In this document: positions 51,060-58,949 of the stretch, in pieces | Numbering within the stretch: position 1 is the stretch's first letter | Layout: every line of letters begins with the position of its first letter | Source: a virus | Direction: 5' to 3' (one strand) | DNA: 62,037 nt | IMG/VR virus record: IMGVR_UViG_3300027535_000001 | Span: 1 to 62,037 of that record | Position numbers and translations under genes: made by a program | Notes under the pieces: model-generated | The model's database searches: none | What the model saw: only the letters and a program-made list of their open reading frames with translations | What the model was told of the DNA's origin: nothing

Positions 51060-51533
51060 ATGACTGGGATACTTCAAAGCGGCAACGTTACACCGGGGCA
51101 CAGCGCCATCTGGACCACGGACGGAGTCGTGCAGGATGGCGGTGCAATCCTTGCGTCCAATAAAGTCATCGCCAGCTTGCGGCAAGCCAATTTCAATACG
51201 GTTGTCGATCAGCCGATCGTGTTGCCGCGTTCGATCAATACGTTCCAGCTAACCGGCATCCTGGTCACCAACGCCTCGGTTTCGCTCACGACTGCGGTTG
51301 GCGGGTTCTACTCGGCGGCACAGAAAGGCGGTAGCGCCTTTGTCAGCGCCGGGCAGGTTTACTCCTCCCTCACCTCGTCGAGCGTCATTCTCAACGCCAC
51401 CCTTGCGGCCTACGCCAGCAGCAGGTTCTCCAACGTCAATCTAGCGCTGTGGACGATTTACTTCTCGCTGACAACCGCTCAAGGGGCGGCGGCGGTTGCA
51501 GACATCTACTTAATCGGTTTGGACCTCAGCTGA
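51060..51533 (+). CDS. short fibre-like protein sharing the N-terminal anchor motif of the long fibre
   Basis: 157 aa. MTGILQSGNVTPGHSAIWTTDGVVQDGGA parallels residues 20-45 of the next gene. Confidence 0.6.
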   Translation: MTGILQSGNVTPGHSAIWTTDGVVQDGGAILASNKVIASLRQANFNTVVDQPIVLPRSINTFQLTGILVTNASVSLTTAVGGFYSAAQKGGSAFVSAGQVYSSLTSSSVILNATLAAYASSRFSNVNLALWTIYFSLTTAQGAAAVADIYLIGLDLS

Positions 51534-54500
51534 TGCTCAAATATATCACGGCGTTTTTACTTGCTCTTTGCGCAACCGCACAAGCGCAAGTTCTGCAATC
51601 AGGCAGCGTGACACCCGGCCACCCTTCTCTCTGGATCAGCGATGGCGTGATCGGCGACGGCGGAACGGCAGCCAACGGCAGCCTGACCGGTGTCGGCGTA
51701 ACGGCCAGCGGCCCATCGATTTGCGCCAACAGCGGGCCGGTAACCGGAGCCTACAACCGTTTTTGTATTGGTGCTTCTTCGGCGGGGGGTATCTTAACAC
51801 TTGACAACGTTGGCGGCGCGACAGGCGGATTCACCATCCAGCTCAACGGCGTTCTCCAGGGATTTGCCACGACCGCGCTTCCCACCATCACGAACGATCT
51901 TGTCTGCTACAGCAATATAACAGGTGGATTGCAGGATTGCGGAATATCTTCGATCATCCCAACATCGGTCAGCAATAGCGACGGGACATTGACGATCTCG
52001 CCGACGACGGGCGCCGTTGTTGCATCGCTTGCGCTCGGTCATGCCAATACGTGGACGGCTGTACAAACATTCACCAACAGCGATCTTGCACTGCTTGGAT
52101 CGTCGACTGGATCGACGACATTCGCCAGCGCCAACGTGGGTGCGTCGAACTTTACCATCACGTTCCCGGCAGCGACCGGCACTGTCGCGCTCGTCGCGAA
52201 CGCTAACGTCATCTCGGTTTCGAACAGTGACGGGACGCTGACGATCTCGCCGACAACTGGCCTCGTCGTCGCGTCGATCAACCTTGCCAACTCCAATACC
52301 TGGACCGCCGCGCAAAATTTTACGCTCAATCAAAACGCCACTACGCAAGAAACCATGCTGAACAACTCGGCTGGAGTTTCAGCTCTGGCGCAATGGACGT
52401 GGAGCAACGGCACCAACACGATGACGGCCGGTATGGGTGGCACCGCCTATTCTGTTGGGTTGTACCAAGGGCGAGGTTATGTGACAGCCAATGGCGCGGC
52501 TTTGGTTGTTGGAACCAGCACTCTCAATCCTTACGTGATGATTGTCAACAATTTAGAAGTCGGCCGGTGGGATAGCGTAACGCCCGGCACATTGATTGTT
52601 GGCTTGGCGACTGCATCGACGGGCCAGATCAAGATTGTAGGCATTACCAGCGGCGGCGTTACGCAGACCGTGCAGTCAGTTGCGGGAACGCCTACGGTCA
52701 CCTGGGGCACCGGCACCGGCACGCCGGCCGTGACAGCATCGAACCCGCTCGCGATCGTGACGGCAACTGGCAACATTACTTGTACGACGTGTGCCACCAC
52801 GACGAATGGTGGCACCCTGACCGCAACTTCTCCCGTCAGCATCAGTGCGGCCGGCGTCATCGCACTCACTGGAACTACAGGGTCCGGCACCGTTGTTGTT
52901 CTCCAGACTTCCCCGGTGCTGGTGACCCCGACGCTCGGTGTCGCTGCCGCCACCTCTCTCGCCATTGGCGGCTGCACCATCGGCACGGACGCGCTCTGCG
53001 TCACCGGGACGACAACGCACACTGGCGGCGTGACCGTCGCGGCCGGACCCTTCACGCTGAGCGGCAACCAATCCGTCACGGCCTGGACGACGAACGGCGT
53101 CCGCATCAAGGGCGTCATCGGGACGATGACCGACACGACTTCGTCGGGCACGGTGGCGACCGCCTACACCGACGTGCTCGGCGGCAACACGATCGCCGCG
53201 ACGAGCGTGACGACGTACACAAATTACGTCTCGCTCTACGTCAAGGCTCCGGTCCAGGGGACGAACGTCACCTTCACCAACGCATGGGCGCTCGGCGCGG
53301 ACAGCTTGCGGATCGGGACGAGCAATCAGTTTACCATCTCAACTGTCGGCGCGGTAGGGATCAATGCGGCGTTGACCTACGGCGGCGTGACGCTCTCAAA
53401 CTCGGTCACCGGCACCGGAAGCATGGTACTGTCGACGAACCCAACGTTCACCACGTCGATCATCTCGCCAATCGTTTACGGCGGCACGGCGGCTGGATCA
53501 ACTCTAACACTCCAAACAACTACTAGTGGTTCACCATCCGGTGACAGCCTCTCTCTCAAACAAGGTGGCGCCGCGCTTGTGACACTTATCGGCGGCAAGG
53601 TGGGTATGGGTACAGAGACAAATCCCACTGCGCCGTTCGTGTTCAGCACGAACACAACGACCGGGCAAGGGACCGGAGTTGGAGTAGGCGAGCAGTTTCA
53701 GTTCATTGGAGCAGACGGATCGGGCGGAACAAACCTCGCGATAATCGAATATGGTACAGGCGCTTCAACCGTCTTTTTCTATAGCTCAGGCGGAACAGCA
53801 GCTAGTTCATCGGCGATAGTTAACGCTCAAATTATCGGCAACTTTGGGTGGATTGGCTATGACGGGGTAACCGCTATAAATGCAGCATCCGCGTCGGCAC
53901 GCATTCTTGCTACCGCAGCTCAAACTTTTACTGGCTCCAATCACGGAACTTACGTCGAAATCGACGCAACCGTCAACGGAGGCTCGCGCGCTCAGGCGAT
54001 GAGGCTCCAAGCTGGTGTCATCATCGGCACCGGAACGACCGATCCTGGCGCCGGAAGCCTCATTCTTGGTACGGCAGACGCAAGCTCTACCTCTACTGGC
54101 GCCATTCAAAATCCAGGCGGCATGTCAGTCAATAAGCGCGTGTGGTTCAATGGGATCACTACATCCTCTGGATTGCAGACAGCCGTGCTGTGCCAATCGT
54201 CAGGCGGCGAAATCATAGCTGACAGCGTAGCCTGTCTTGCGTCTTCTGCGATATTCAAAGAACATTTTTCCGTTTTTTCAAATGCAACGGCACTCGATCA
54301 TATCAGTGTATTCCAGCCCAAAAGTTGGAACTACAGGCGTGAGCCGGGGAGCGTATTTCCCGAGCGCTACTATCGCGAACGTATCGGCTTGGTGGCCGAA
54401 GACGTGGCCGCAATCGACACCCGGCTTGTAGAATATGACAACAAGGGCGAACCTCGGACCATCGACTATAACGGCGTTGTCACGCTTTTGGTCGGAGCGG

Positions 54501-54571
54501 TCAAGCAACTCAAGGCCGACAACGACAATCTCCGTGCCGAAATGGCTCGTTTGGCAAGCAAAATTCGATGA
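51533..54571 (+). CDS. long tail fibre with C-terminal intramolecular-chaperone (peptidase S74-type) domain
   Basis: 1012 aa. Signal-like MLKYITAFLLALCATAQA|Q. Anchor motif VLQSGSVTPGHPSLWISDGVIGDGG. C-terminal ...SSAIFKEHF...IGLVAEDVAAID...DYNGVVTLLVGAVKQLKADNDNLRAE matches the S74 chaperone pattern. Confidence 0.7.
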   Translation: MLKYITAFLLALCATAQAQVLQSGSVTPGHPSLWISDGVIGDGGTAANGSLTGVGVTASGPSICANSGPVTGAYNRFCIGASSAGGILTLDNVGGATGGFTIQLNGVLQGFATTALPTITNDLVCYSNITGGLQDCGISSIIPTSVSNSDGTLTISPTTGAVVASLALGHANTWTAVQTFTNSDLALLGSSTGSTTFASANVGASNFTITFPAATGTVALVANANVISVSNSDGTLTISPTTGLVVASINLANSNTWTAAQNFTLNQNATTQETMLNNSAGVSALAQWTWSNGTNTMTAGMGGTAYSVGLYQGRGYVTANGAALVVGTSTLNPYVMIVNNLEVGRWDSVTPGTLIVGLATASTGQIKIVGITSGGVTQTVQSVAGTPTVTWGTGTGTPAVTASNPLAIVTATGNITCTTCATTTNGGTLTATSPVSISAAGVIALTGTTGSGTVVVLQTSPVLVTPTLGVAAATSLAIGGCTIGTDALCVTGTTTHTGGVTVAAGPFTLSGNQSVTAWTTNGVRIKGVIGTMTDTTSSGTVATAYTDVLGGNTIAATSVTTYTNYVSLYVKAPVQGTNVTFTNAWALGADSLRIGTSNQFTISTVGAVGINAALTYGGVTLSNSVTGTGSMVLSTNPTFTTSIISPIVYGGTAAGSTLTLQTTTSGSPSGDSLSLKQGGAALVTLIGGKVGMGTETNPTAPFVFSTNTTTGQGTGVGVGEQFQFIGADGSGGTNLAIIEYGTGASTVFFYSSGGTAASSSAIVNAQIIGNFGWIGYDGVTAINAASASARILATAAQTFTGSNHGTYVEIDATVNGGSRAQAMRLQAGVIIGTGTTDPGAGSLILGTADASSTSTGAIQNPGGMSVNKRVWFNGITTSSGLQTAVLCQSSGGEIIADSVACLASSAIFKEHFSVFSNATALDHISVFQPKSWNYRREPGSVFPERYYRERIGLVAEDVAAIDTRLVEYDNKGEPRTIDYNGVVTLLVGAVKQLKADNDNLRAEMARLASKIR

Positions 54572-54616
54572 CTTCGTAGGGTTGCCTCACTGGTTGTCTC
54601 ATGCTAGGATACCACC

Positions 54617-55270
54617 ATGATCATAGACACCAATCACGACACCACCTCGCACCTCCCCAGTCTCAAGGCAAAAGGGGTGGTCAGCATTATCCGTTATTTC
54701 AACCGCCTCAACCCAAAGGGCGAGAAAACCATCAAGCCGCCCGAGCTGGCGGCGATTCGCGACGCCGGCATGACGGCGGGCATCGTCTACGAAGGCAAAG
54801 GCAACCAGCTCTCGGCTTTTACGGGCGACATGGGAACGGCAGACGGCACGTGGGCGTTCGACTACGCCAACCGGTTGAAAATACCGGAAAACTCCGCGAT
54901 CTATTTTGCCGTCGACTACGACTTTTCGGTCAACCAAATCCGCAATGTCATCATCCCGTATTTCCAAGAAGTGAACGACGCGCTGGCCGGACAGAACGAT
55001 TCCGAGAGCCCGACTCAAAAAGCCAGCTACCGCATCGGCGTATATGGCTCGGGCCTGGTGCTGCAAATGATCGAGGACGCCGGGTTGGCCGAACTGTTCT
55101 GGCTTAGCTGCTCGTCCGGCTGGACCGGCACCAAGGAGTTTCTGGCCAATGGCGATTGGAACCTGAACCAGCACTTGCCGCCGCGCAATGGCGGCGCGCT
55201 CGGTCTCGATCACGACCCGAACGACGCCAACCCCGCGCTGGCCGATTATGGAGCGTTCACGCCCGTATGA
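54617..55270 (+). CDS. DUF1906/GH25-like TIM-barrel endolysin (candidate)
   Basis: 217 aa. MIIDTNHDTTSHLPSLKAKGVVSIIRYF...KPPELAAIRDAGMTAGIVYEG...IYFAVDYD matches the Rv2525c-like glycoside-hydrolase pattern. Heads the lysis cluster. Confidence 0.6.
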   Translation: MIIDTNHDTTSHLPSLKAKGVVSIIRYFNRLNPKGEKTIKPPELAAIRDAGMTAGIVYEGKGNQLSAFTGDMGTADGTWAFDYANRLKIPENSAIYFAVDYDFSVNQIRNVIIPYFQEVNDALAGQNDSESPTQKASYRIGVYGSGLVLQMIEDAGLAELFWLSCSSGWTGTKEFLANGDWNLNQHLPPRNGGALGLDHDPNDANPALADYGAFTPV

Positions 55271-55338
55271 ACGAGGCAATCATAATCCTGCTGCTTATCG
55301 TTATCGTGCTCAAGACGAGCCGATCGAGGATGTGGTGA
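55267..55338 (+). CDS. tiny hydrophobic peptide (23 aa)
   Basis: ATGA overlap. MNEAIIILLLIVIVLKTSRSRMW. Confidence 0.4.
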   Translation: MNEAIIILLLIVIVLKTSRSRMW

Positions 55339-55526
55339 AATTACCGCTCTCCCAGCGCGAAATCGACCGGATTCCGTGGGATGCGGTGCTCTATACAACC
55401 CCCACCCATACGGGTATATTCGGCGGCTCCACGCTCCACCTTCGGGGTGGCGGACGGATGCATAGCAATTGGCCTGATGACGAGGTAAAGGTGGTGCTCG
55501 ACGAGAAGCGGAGGATTGCCCCTTGA
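55332..55526 (+). CDS. hypothetical protein (64 aa), GTG start
   Basis: In-frame tail of ORF 55188-55526. GTG 55332/55335 overlaps the upstream stop. VVKLPLSQREIDRIPWDAVLY... Confidence 0.35.
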   Translation: MVKLPLSQREIDRIPWDAVLYTTPTHTGIFGGSTLHLRGGGRMHSNWPDDEVKVVLDEKRRIAP

Positions 55527-55882
55527 AAAATTGGTTCAACCTCACTGCCGAACAGCAATCGACACTGCATACGATTGTCGTATATCTCGGCGGGTTTGCC
55601 ACGGCATTCGGCATCTTTACGGTGGCCGAAGCGCAAACCCTCGCAACCTCGTTCGATCATATCGTCAACGGCGTCAAGGAGATCGCAATCGGAGTTGGTC
55701 CGCTTGCCGCCCTTGGGGCGGGTTTGTGGTCCAGATATCTCGCCAAGCCGTCCGTGCAAGTCGCTACCGTAGGCGCCATGCCGGGCGTGACCGTTGTGGC
55801 TACTCCCGCACTTGTGGCGGCGGCTGGCGCCCCTCCGCAAGACGTGAAATCGTCAGCCGATGTTAAGATCGTCGCCAAATAG
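55523..55882 (+). CDS. holin-like two-TM membrane protein
   Basis: 119 aa, TTGA-coupled. TM segments HTIVVYLGGFATAFGIFTV and IAIGVGPLAALGAGLW. Adjacent to the endolysin candidate. Confidence 0.45.
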   Translation: MKNWFNLTAEQQSTLHTIVVYLGGFATAFGIFTVAEAQTLATSFDHIVNGVKEIAIGVGPLAALGAGLWSRYLAKPSVQVATVGAMPGVTVVATPALVAAAGAPPQDVKSSADVKIVAK

Positions 55883-55892
55883 GATAGTCCCC

Positions 55893-56246
55893 ATGCGCAA
55901 ACTCGCCATCCTCATCTTCGCAGTATCCTTAAGTGCCTGCGCCACCGTACAGAATCCCGCTACGATCCAGCAGCTATACGATGTCGAGGCAGCGTACGGC
56001 GTTGCTTTGGCCACGGCTGTCGCGTATCACAACCGGCCACTGTGCAAAACCGGAACGGTGGAGAGCCTGACCAACATTTGCGCCCGGCGCAGTATCGTGG
56101 TCAAGCTCCAGCTTGCCGACAAGCGGGCTCGCGCTGCGCTGGCAGTGGCCAGGGCGTTCATCATCAACAACCCGACCCTCAGCGCCGTCTCGGCCCTCAC
56201 GGCGGCGCAGTCCGCTGTGGTCGCCTTCCAAACACTGACCCAATAA
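55893..56246 (+). CDS. lipoprotein (spanin-like candidate)
   Basis: MRKLAILIFAVSLSAC carries a lipobox (LSAC). 117 aa. In the lysis cluster. Confidence 0.6.
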   Translation: MRKLAILIFAVSLSACATVQNPATIQQLYDVEAAYGVALATAVAYHNRPLCKTGTVESLTNICARRSIVVKLQLADKRARAALAVARAFIINNPTLSAVSALTAAQSAVVAFQTLTQ

Positions 56247-56256
56247 GGAGGCCGTC

Positions 56257-56499
56257 ATGGATGTAGCAACGATCATTGCGACCATCGCCGGGGTTATCAA
56301 GGCGGCGGTTGATCTTGGGCCGACGATCATCAAGCTCGAACAGGATGCCGAGCCCTTTGCCTTGGCCATCTACAACAATCTGTTCAAGGGCCAAACGATC
56401 ACTCAGGCTGACCTGGACAAGCTAGAGGCCGCGATTGCGGCGCTTAGCGATCAGCTTCAAGTGGCGCTCCCGCCGGACGACGGAACCACAACTAGCTAA
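56257..56499 (+). CDS. hypothetical protein (80 aa)
   Basis: AAGGAGG RBS. MDVATIIATIAGVIKAAVDLGPTIIKLEQD... Confidence 0.6.
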   Translation: MDVATIIATIAGVIKAAVDLGPTIIKLEQDAEPFALAIYNNLFKGQTITQADLDKLEAAIAALSDQLQVALPPDDGTTTS

Positions 56500-56511
56500 C
56501 CGGAGGAAGCC

Positions 56512-56736
56512 ATGTCTGGTTCGGGATCATCGGGTGCGGGCGGGTCATCCGGCACGGGCACGCCGGGAGATTCATGGACTTCGCTCGGAGATCGGGTCGA
56601 CCGGTACCACCGGCTGGACTACCCCGACCAGCAAGCGCACGTCGCCACCAGCGATCTTGTCCGCGACCTGTGGGCCGAAATCCAACGGTTGCGCAAAACC
56701 GTGCTGGCGGATGGTACCGCCCACGGCAACCTCTGA
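56512..56736 (+). CDS. hypothetical protein (74 aa), Gly/Ser-rich N-terminus
   Basis: GGAGGAAG RBS. MSGSGSSGAGGSSGTGTPGDSW... Confidence 0.6.
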   Translation: MSGSGSSGAGGSSGTGTPGDSWTSLGDRVDRYHRLDYPDQQAHVATSDLVRDLWAEIQRLRKTVLADGTAHGNL

Positions 56737-56852
56737 CGGAACCCCCACAATTCACGTGTAAATAGACCCGATATGGCTTCCCGACCGGAGGCTTGTCGGC
56801 GTTTTGCGTTGCGAGGTATTATGCCAAAAGGACTACCCCATAGGAGGTTTCC

Positions 56853-57152
56853 ATGCCCGATCTCAGTATTTGGGTCCTTTTCGGTATCGCGATGCTCAAC
56901 GCCGTCACGGCGGTTTTTGCTTTTATGACCCACAAAGCCGCCACGGCAACACAGATAATAGCAGCTACGACTCAAAGTGTCGTGGCGGAAACGAAGGCGA
57001 ATGTGGCCACTATCGAAAAAGCCACCAACTCGATGCACGACGCCATTGTGGCTGTGACCGCCAAAGCGGCACAAGCCGAAGGAGAGCTTAAAGGCCAAGC
57101 AGAGGCTAGAGCCGAAATAGCGAAAGACCCCCTCAAGAAAGGACCCGAGTAA
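56853..57152 (+). CDS. N-terminal TM + coiled-coil protein (i-spanin-like candidate)
   Basis: TAGGAGG RBS. IWVLFGIAMLNAVTAVFAFM TM segment, then a helical A/T/K/E-rich periplasmic part. Confidence 0.5.
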   Translation: MPDLSIWVLFGIAMLNAVTAVFAFMTHKAATATQIIAATTQSVVAETKANVATIEKATNSMHDAIVAVTAKAAQAEGELKGQAEARAEIAKDPLKKGPE

Positions 57153-57904
57153 TGAGAATTTTCTTGATCGTTCTGGCTTTTTTAACTCTCGCGGCCACTT
57201 CGGCGCAAGCCAAGCGGCACCATTACAAGCCGCATGCCGTAACCCACCAGGCGGGACACAAGTACAGCGTAAAGCAGAAATGGCGAAAGTCCGCGCCCGC
57301 ACCGGTCGTAATTGCCAAAAGGCACCACCACAGACGCCTGTGGGCGGCAAACCCGCACCACCCCCGCGTCCATGTGGCCAAGTCTCACAAGCCCGCCCAG
57401 CACCTTGCCAGAGCGCCCCACAGGGCCAGGCCGGCGATTATCGCCACCGAGCAGGAAAAACACAACATTTTCGCCCGTTATGCGCTATCACATTCGGCGA
57501 ATGCACCGACAAACCTCCTGCCGGGACCGTTGCAGGCCAAACTTGCCGAGATTGCCAACGCCTGTACGGGGTTCGTGGTGATCTCCACCCGCTGCGGCAG
57601 AGGCGGACATTCTTGGAACGTGAAGGGAACTAACCATGGATCGCTTCACTGCGTGAACAAGGCGGCCGATTTTCGCGTTGCATCCTACTCCTGCGCCTAT
57701 GCGCATCTGCGAGACTGGCACGGGGGAATGAGTACCGATCCGCACGTGGTTAACCACGTGCATTTGAGCTACGCACCGGGAAGCCATGAGTTCGGGCGAC
57801 ACTTCGCTCACCGTGGGCACGGCCCGAGATACGCGACTCGCCACCATCAGCGGGTAGCTCACTGGCGAGGCGGCAAGCACTACCGAAGATTGGCAGGCGC
57901 TTGA
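57152..57904 (+). CDS. secreted LAS-type (M15/YcbK-like) zinc peptidase with His/Arg/Lys-rich flanks
   Basis: Signal peptide MRIFLIVLAFLTLAATSAQA. GSLHCVNKAADF (SxHxxxxAxD) and NHVHLSY (HxH) match LAS metallopeptidase ligand motifs. Polycationic His-rich N- and C-terminal segments. Confidence 0.55.
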   Translation: MRIFLIVLAFLTLAATSAQAKRHHYKPHAVTHQAGHKYSVKQKWRKSAPAPVVIAKRHHHRRLWAANPHHPRVHVAKSHKPAQHLARAPHRARPAIIATEQEKHNIFARYALSHSANAPTNLLPGPLQAKLAEIANACTGFVVISTRCGRGGHSWNVKGTNHGSLHCVNKAADFRVASYSCAYAHLRDWHGGMSTDPHVVNHVHLSYAPGSHEFGRHFAHRGHGPRYATRHHQRVAHWRGGKHYRRLAGA

Positions 57905-58137
57905 TGAAATCCATCCTGCTCGGCATCTTGGCGGCGCTCGTTTTTGTCGTCGCGATCTATCTCATGTCCACGCCCGCCAAAGCGTGGACATGCGAGGAAG
58001 TCCGTCTTGCCGTGCAATACTTGTCGCAAGCCCAAATCGACGCGCTGGCAAAACGCCTCAACGTCAGTCACGCCGAGTGCATGCGAGGACGTGCGTGCCT
58101 GCCGTGGTCGTTACGGTTGAAATATCGCTGTCCGTAG
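57904..58137 (+). CDS. small membrane/secreted protein
   Basis: TGATG junction. MKSILLGILAALVFVVAIYLMSTPAKAW... Confidence 0.55.
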   Translation: MKSILLGILAALVFVVAIYLMSTPAKAWTCEEVRLAVQYLSQAQIDALAKRLNVSHAECMRGRACLPWSLRLKYRCP

Positions 58138-58153
58138 TTGGGGCCTTGTTGTC

Positions 58154-58342
58154 TCAGATCGGAAATTTGCAGTGAAATTTGCTGTTGCTATCGAAACTGC
58201 ATTCGCAGCCGCGTGAGCGCAGCGCCGCCTGTATCTCGTCGAGACGGCGCAGCAGCCGGCGAGCTTCGCTTGCTAGTTCCTGCGCTTCATCGAAGTTGAG
58301 CGGCGGGGGGGATGCTTTGTGGAGTTTTGCGGGGTTGTTCAT
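58154..58342 (-). CDS. hypothetical protein (62 aa)
   Basis: Start MNNPAKLHKASPPPLNFDEAQELASEARRLLRRLDE at 58342, with a GAGG RBS. Confidence 0.5.
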   Translation of the reverse strand: MNNPAKLHKASPPPLNFDEAQELASEARRLLRRLDEIQAALRSRGCECSFDSNSKFHCKFPI

Positions 58343-58352
58343 GGTCGGGGCC

Positions 58353-58487
58353 TCAGTGCTTCGGATCGGGTGGCATCTTCCAACCCCAGAGATAGTCCTC
58401 CCACGCAACGATGAGCTTGGGGTACGGCCTGCCTCTTGGGATGAATTTTTTCACTTGCCAGAGCAGCTTCCAGAGCAGTGATCGCAT
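58353..58487 (-). CDS. Trp-rich small protein (44 aa)
   Basis: MRSLLWKLLWQVKKFIPRGRPYPKLIVAWEDYLWGWKMPPDPKH. Fits between neighbours without overlap. Preferred over the track ORF 58339-58557. Confidence 0.4.
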   Translation of the reverse strand: MRSLLWKLLWQVKKFIPRGRPYPKLIVAWEDYLWGWKMPPDPKH

Positions 58488-58498
58488 CGGTTGGGCCT

Positions 58499-58708
58499 TC
58501 ATTGAGTGCGGTAAATTTTCCAATCGGCGGGTGCGCCGGATGCCGTCTCGCCATCAAGATATAGGTGGACGAGTTCCGGCACCTCGACGGTCAAGCCCGA
58601 CTCACGCGCGTCGGTGATGGCGGCGCGAAGCTGGATCAACCGCTCACGGATAGAGCGAGCCAGATACCGATCGGCGAGGGACGTGTTGATGGTTTCTGCT
58701 TCTGCCAT
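58499..58708 (-). CDS. hypothetical protein (69 aa)
   Basis: MAEAETINTSLADRYLARSIRERLIQLRAAITDARESG... Confidence 0.55.
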   Translation of the reverse strand: MAEAETINTSLADRYLARSIRERLIQLRAAITDARESGLTVEVPELVHLYLDGETASGAPADWKIYRTQ

Positions 58709-58717
58709 TGGTTCGGC

Positions 58718-58876
58718 CTATTTTGCCTCTGAGGCGGTGCGCAAGTCGACGGGGATAAGACCGTAAGAGGTGTACTCCATCGGTCGCCCGCGATCATCGA
58801 CCAGAAGCTTGCCGTCGACGATGATCCGATACCGTGGGCGCCGCCAGTTCATGTTGCAGATCGTTACCCTTGCCAT
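58718..58876 (-). CDS. hypothetical protein (52 aa)
   Basis: GGGAGAG RBS. MARVTICNMNWRRPRYRIIVDGKLLVDDRGRPMEYTSYG... Divergent from the invertase gene. Confidence 0.45.
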   Translation of the reverse strand: MARVTICNMNWRRPRYRIIVDGKLLVDDRGRPMEYTSYGLIPVDLRTASEAK

Positions 58877-58949
58877 GACCGCTCTCCCTGTTGACGCCCC
58901 TACATACGCCCCTTGACAGACGGTGTCAATAGGGGGTAGTTATTGAGCC

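Noticed and set aside
56781-56812. Possible intrinsic terminator (ccgac/gtcgg followed by gttttgcgtt) after gene 56512-56736.
   Set aside because: The stem is only 5 bp with a 9-nt loop and an interrupted U-tract. This is too weak to call as a feature.
58339-58557. 72-aa track ORF MMARRHPAHPP... on the minus strand.
   Set aside because: It overlaps the upstream gene by 59 nt and has an odd composition. A 44-aa ORF in another frame (58353-58487) fits the gap exactly, with RBS-like sequences on both sides.
58140-58945. Possible Gin/Hin-style invertible segment next to the invertase.
   Set aside because: Comparing the left flank (58100-58200) with the reverse complement of the right flank (58861-58950) by eye gave no convincing inverted repeat. 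It is kept only as a hypothesis needing a computational search and read evidence.
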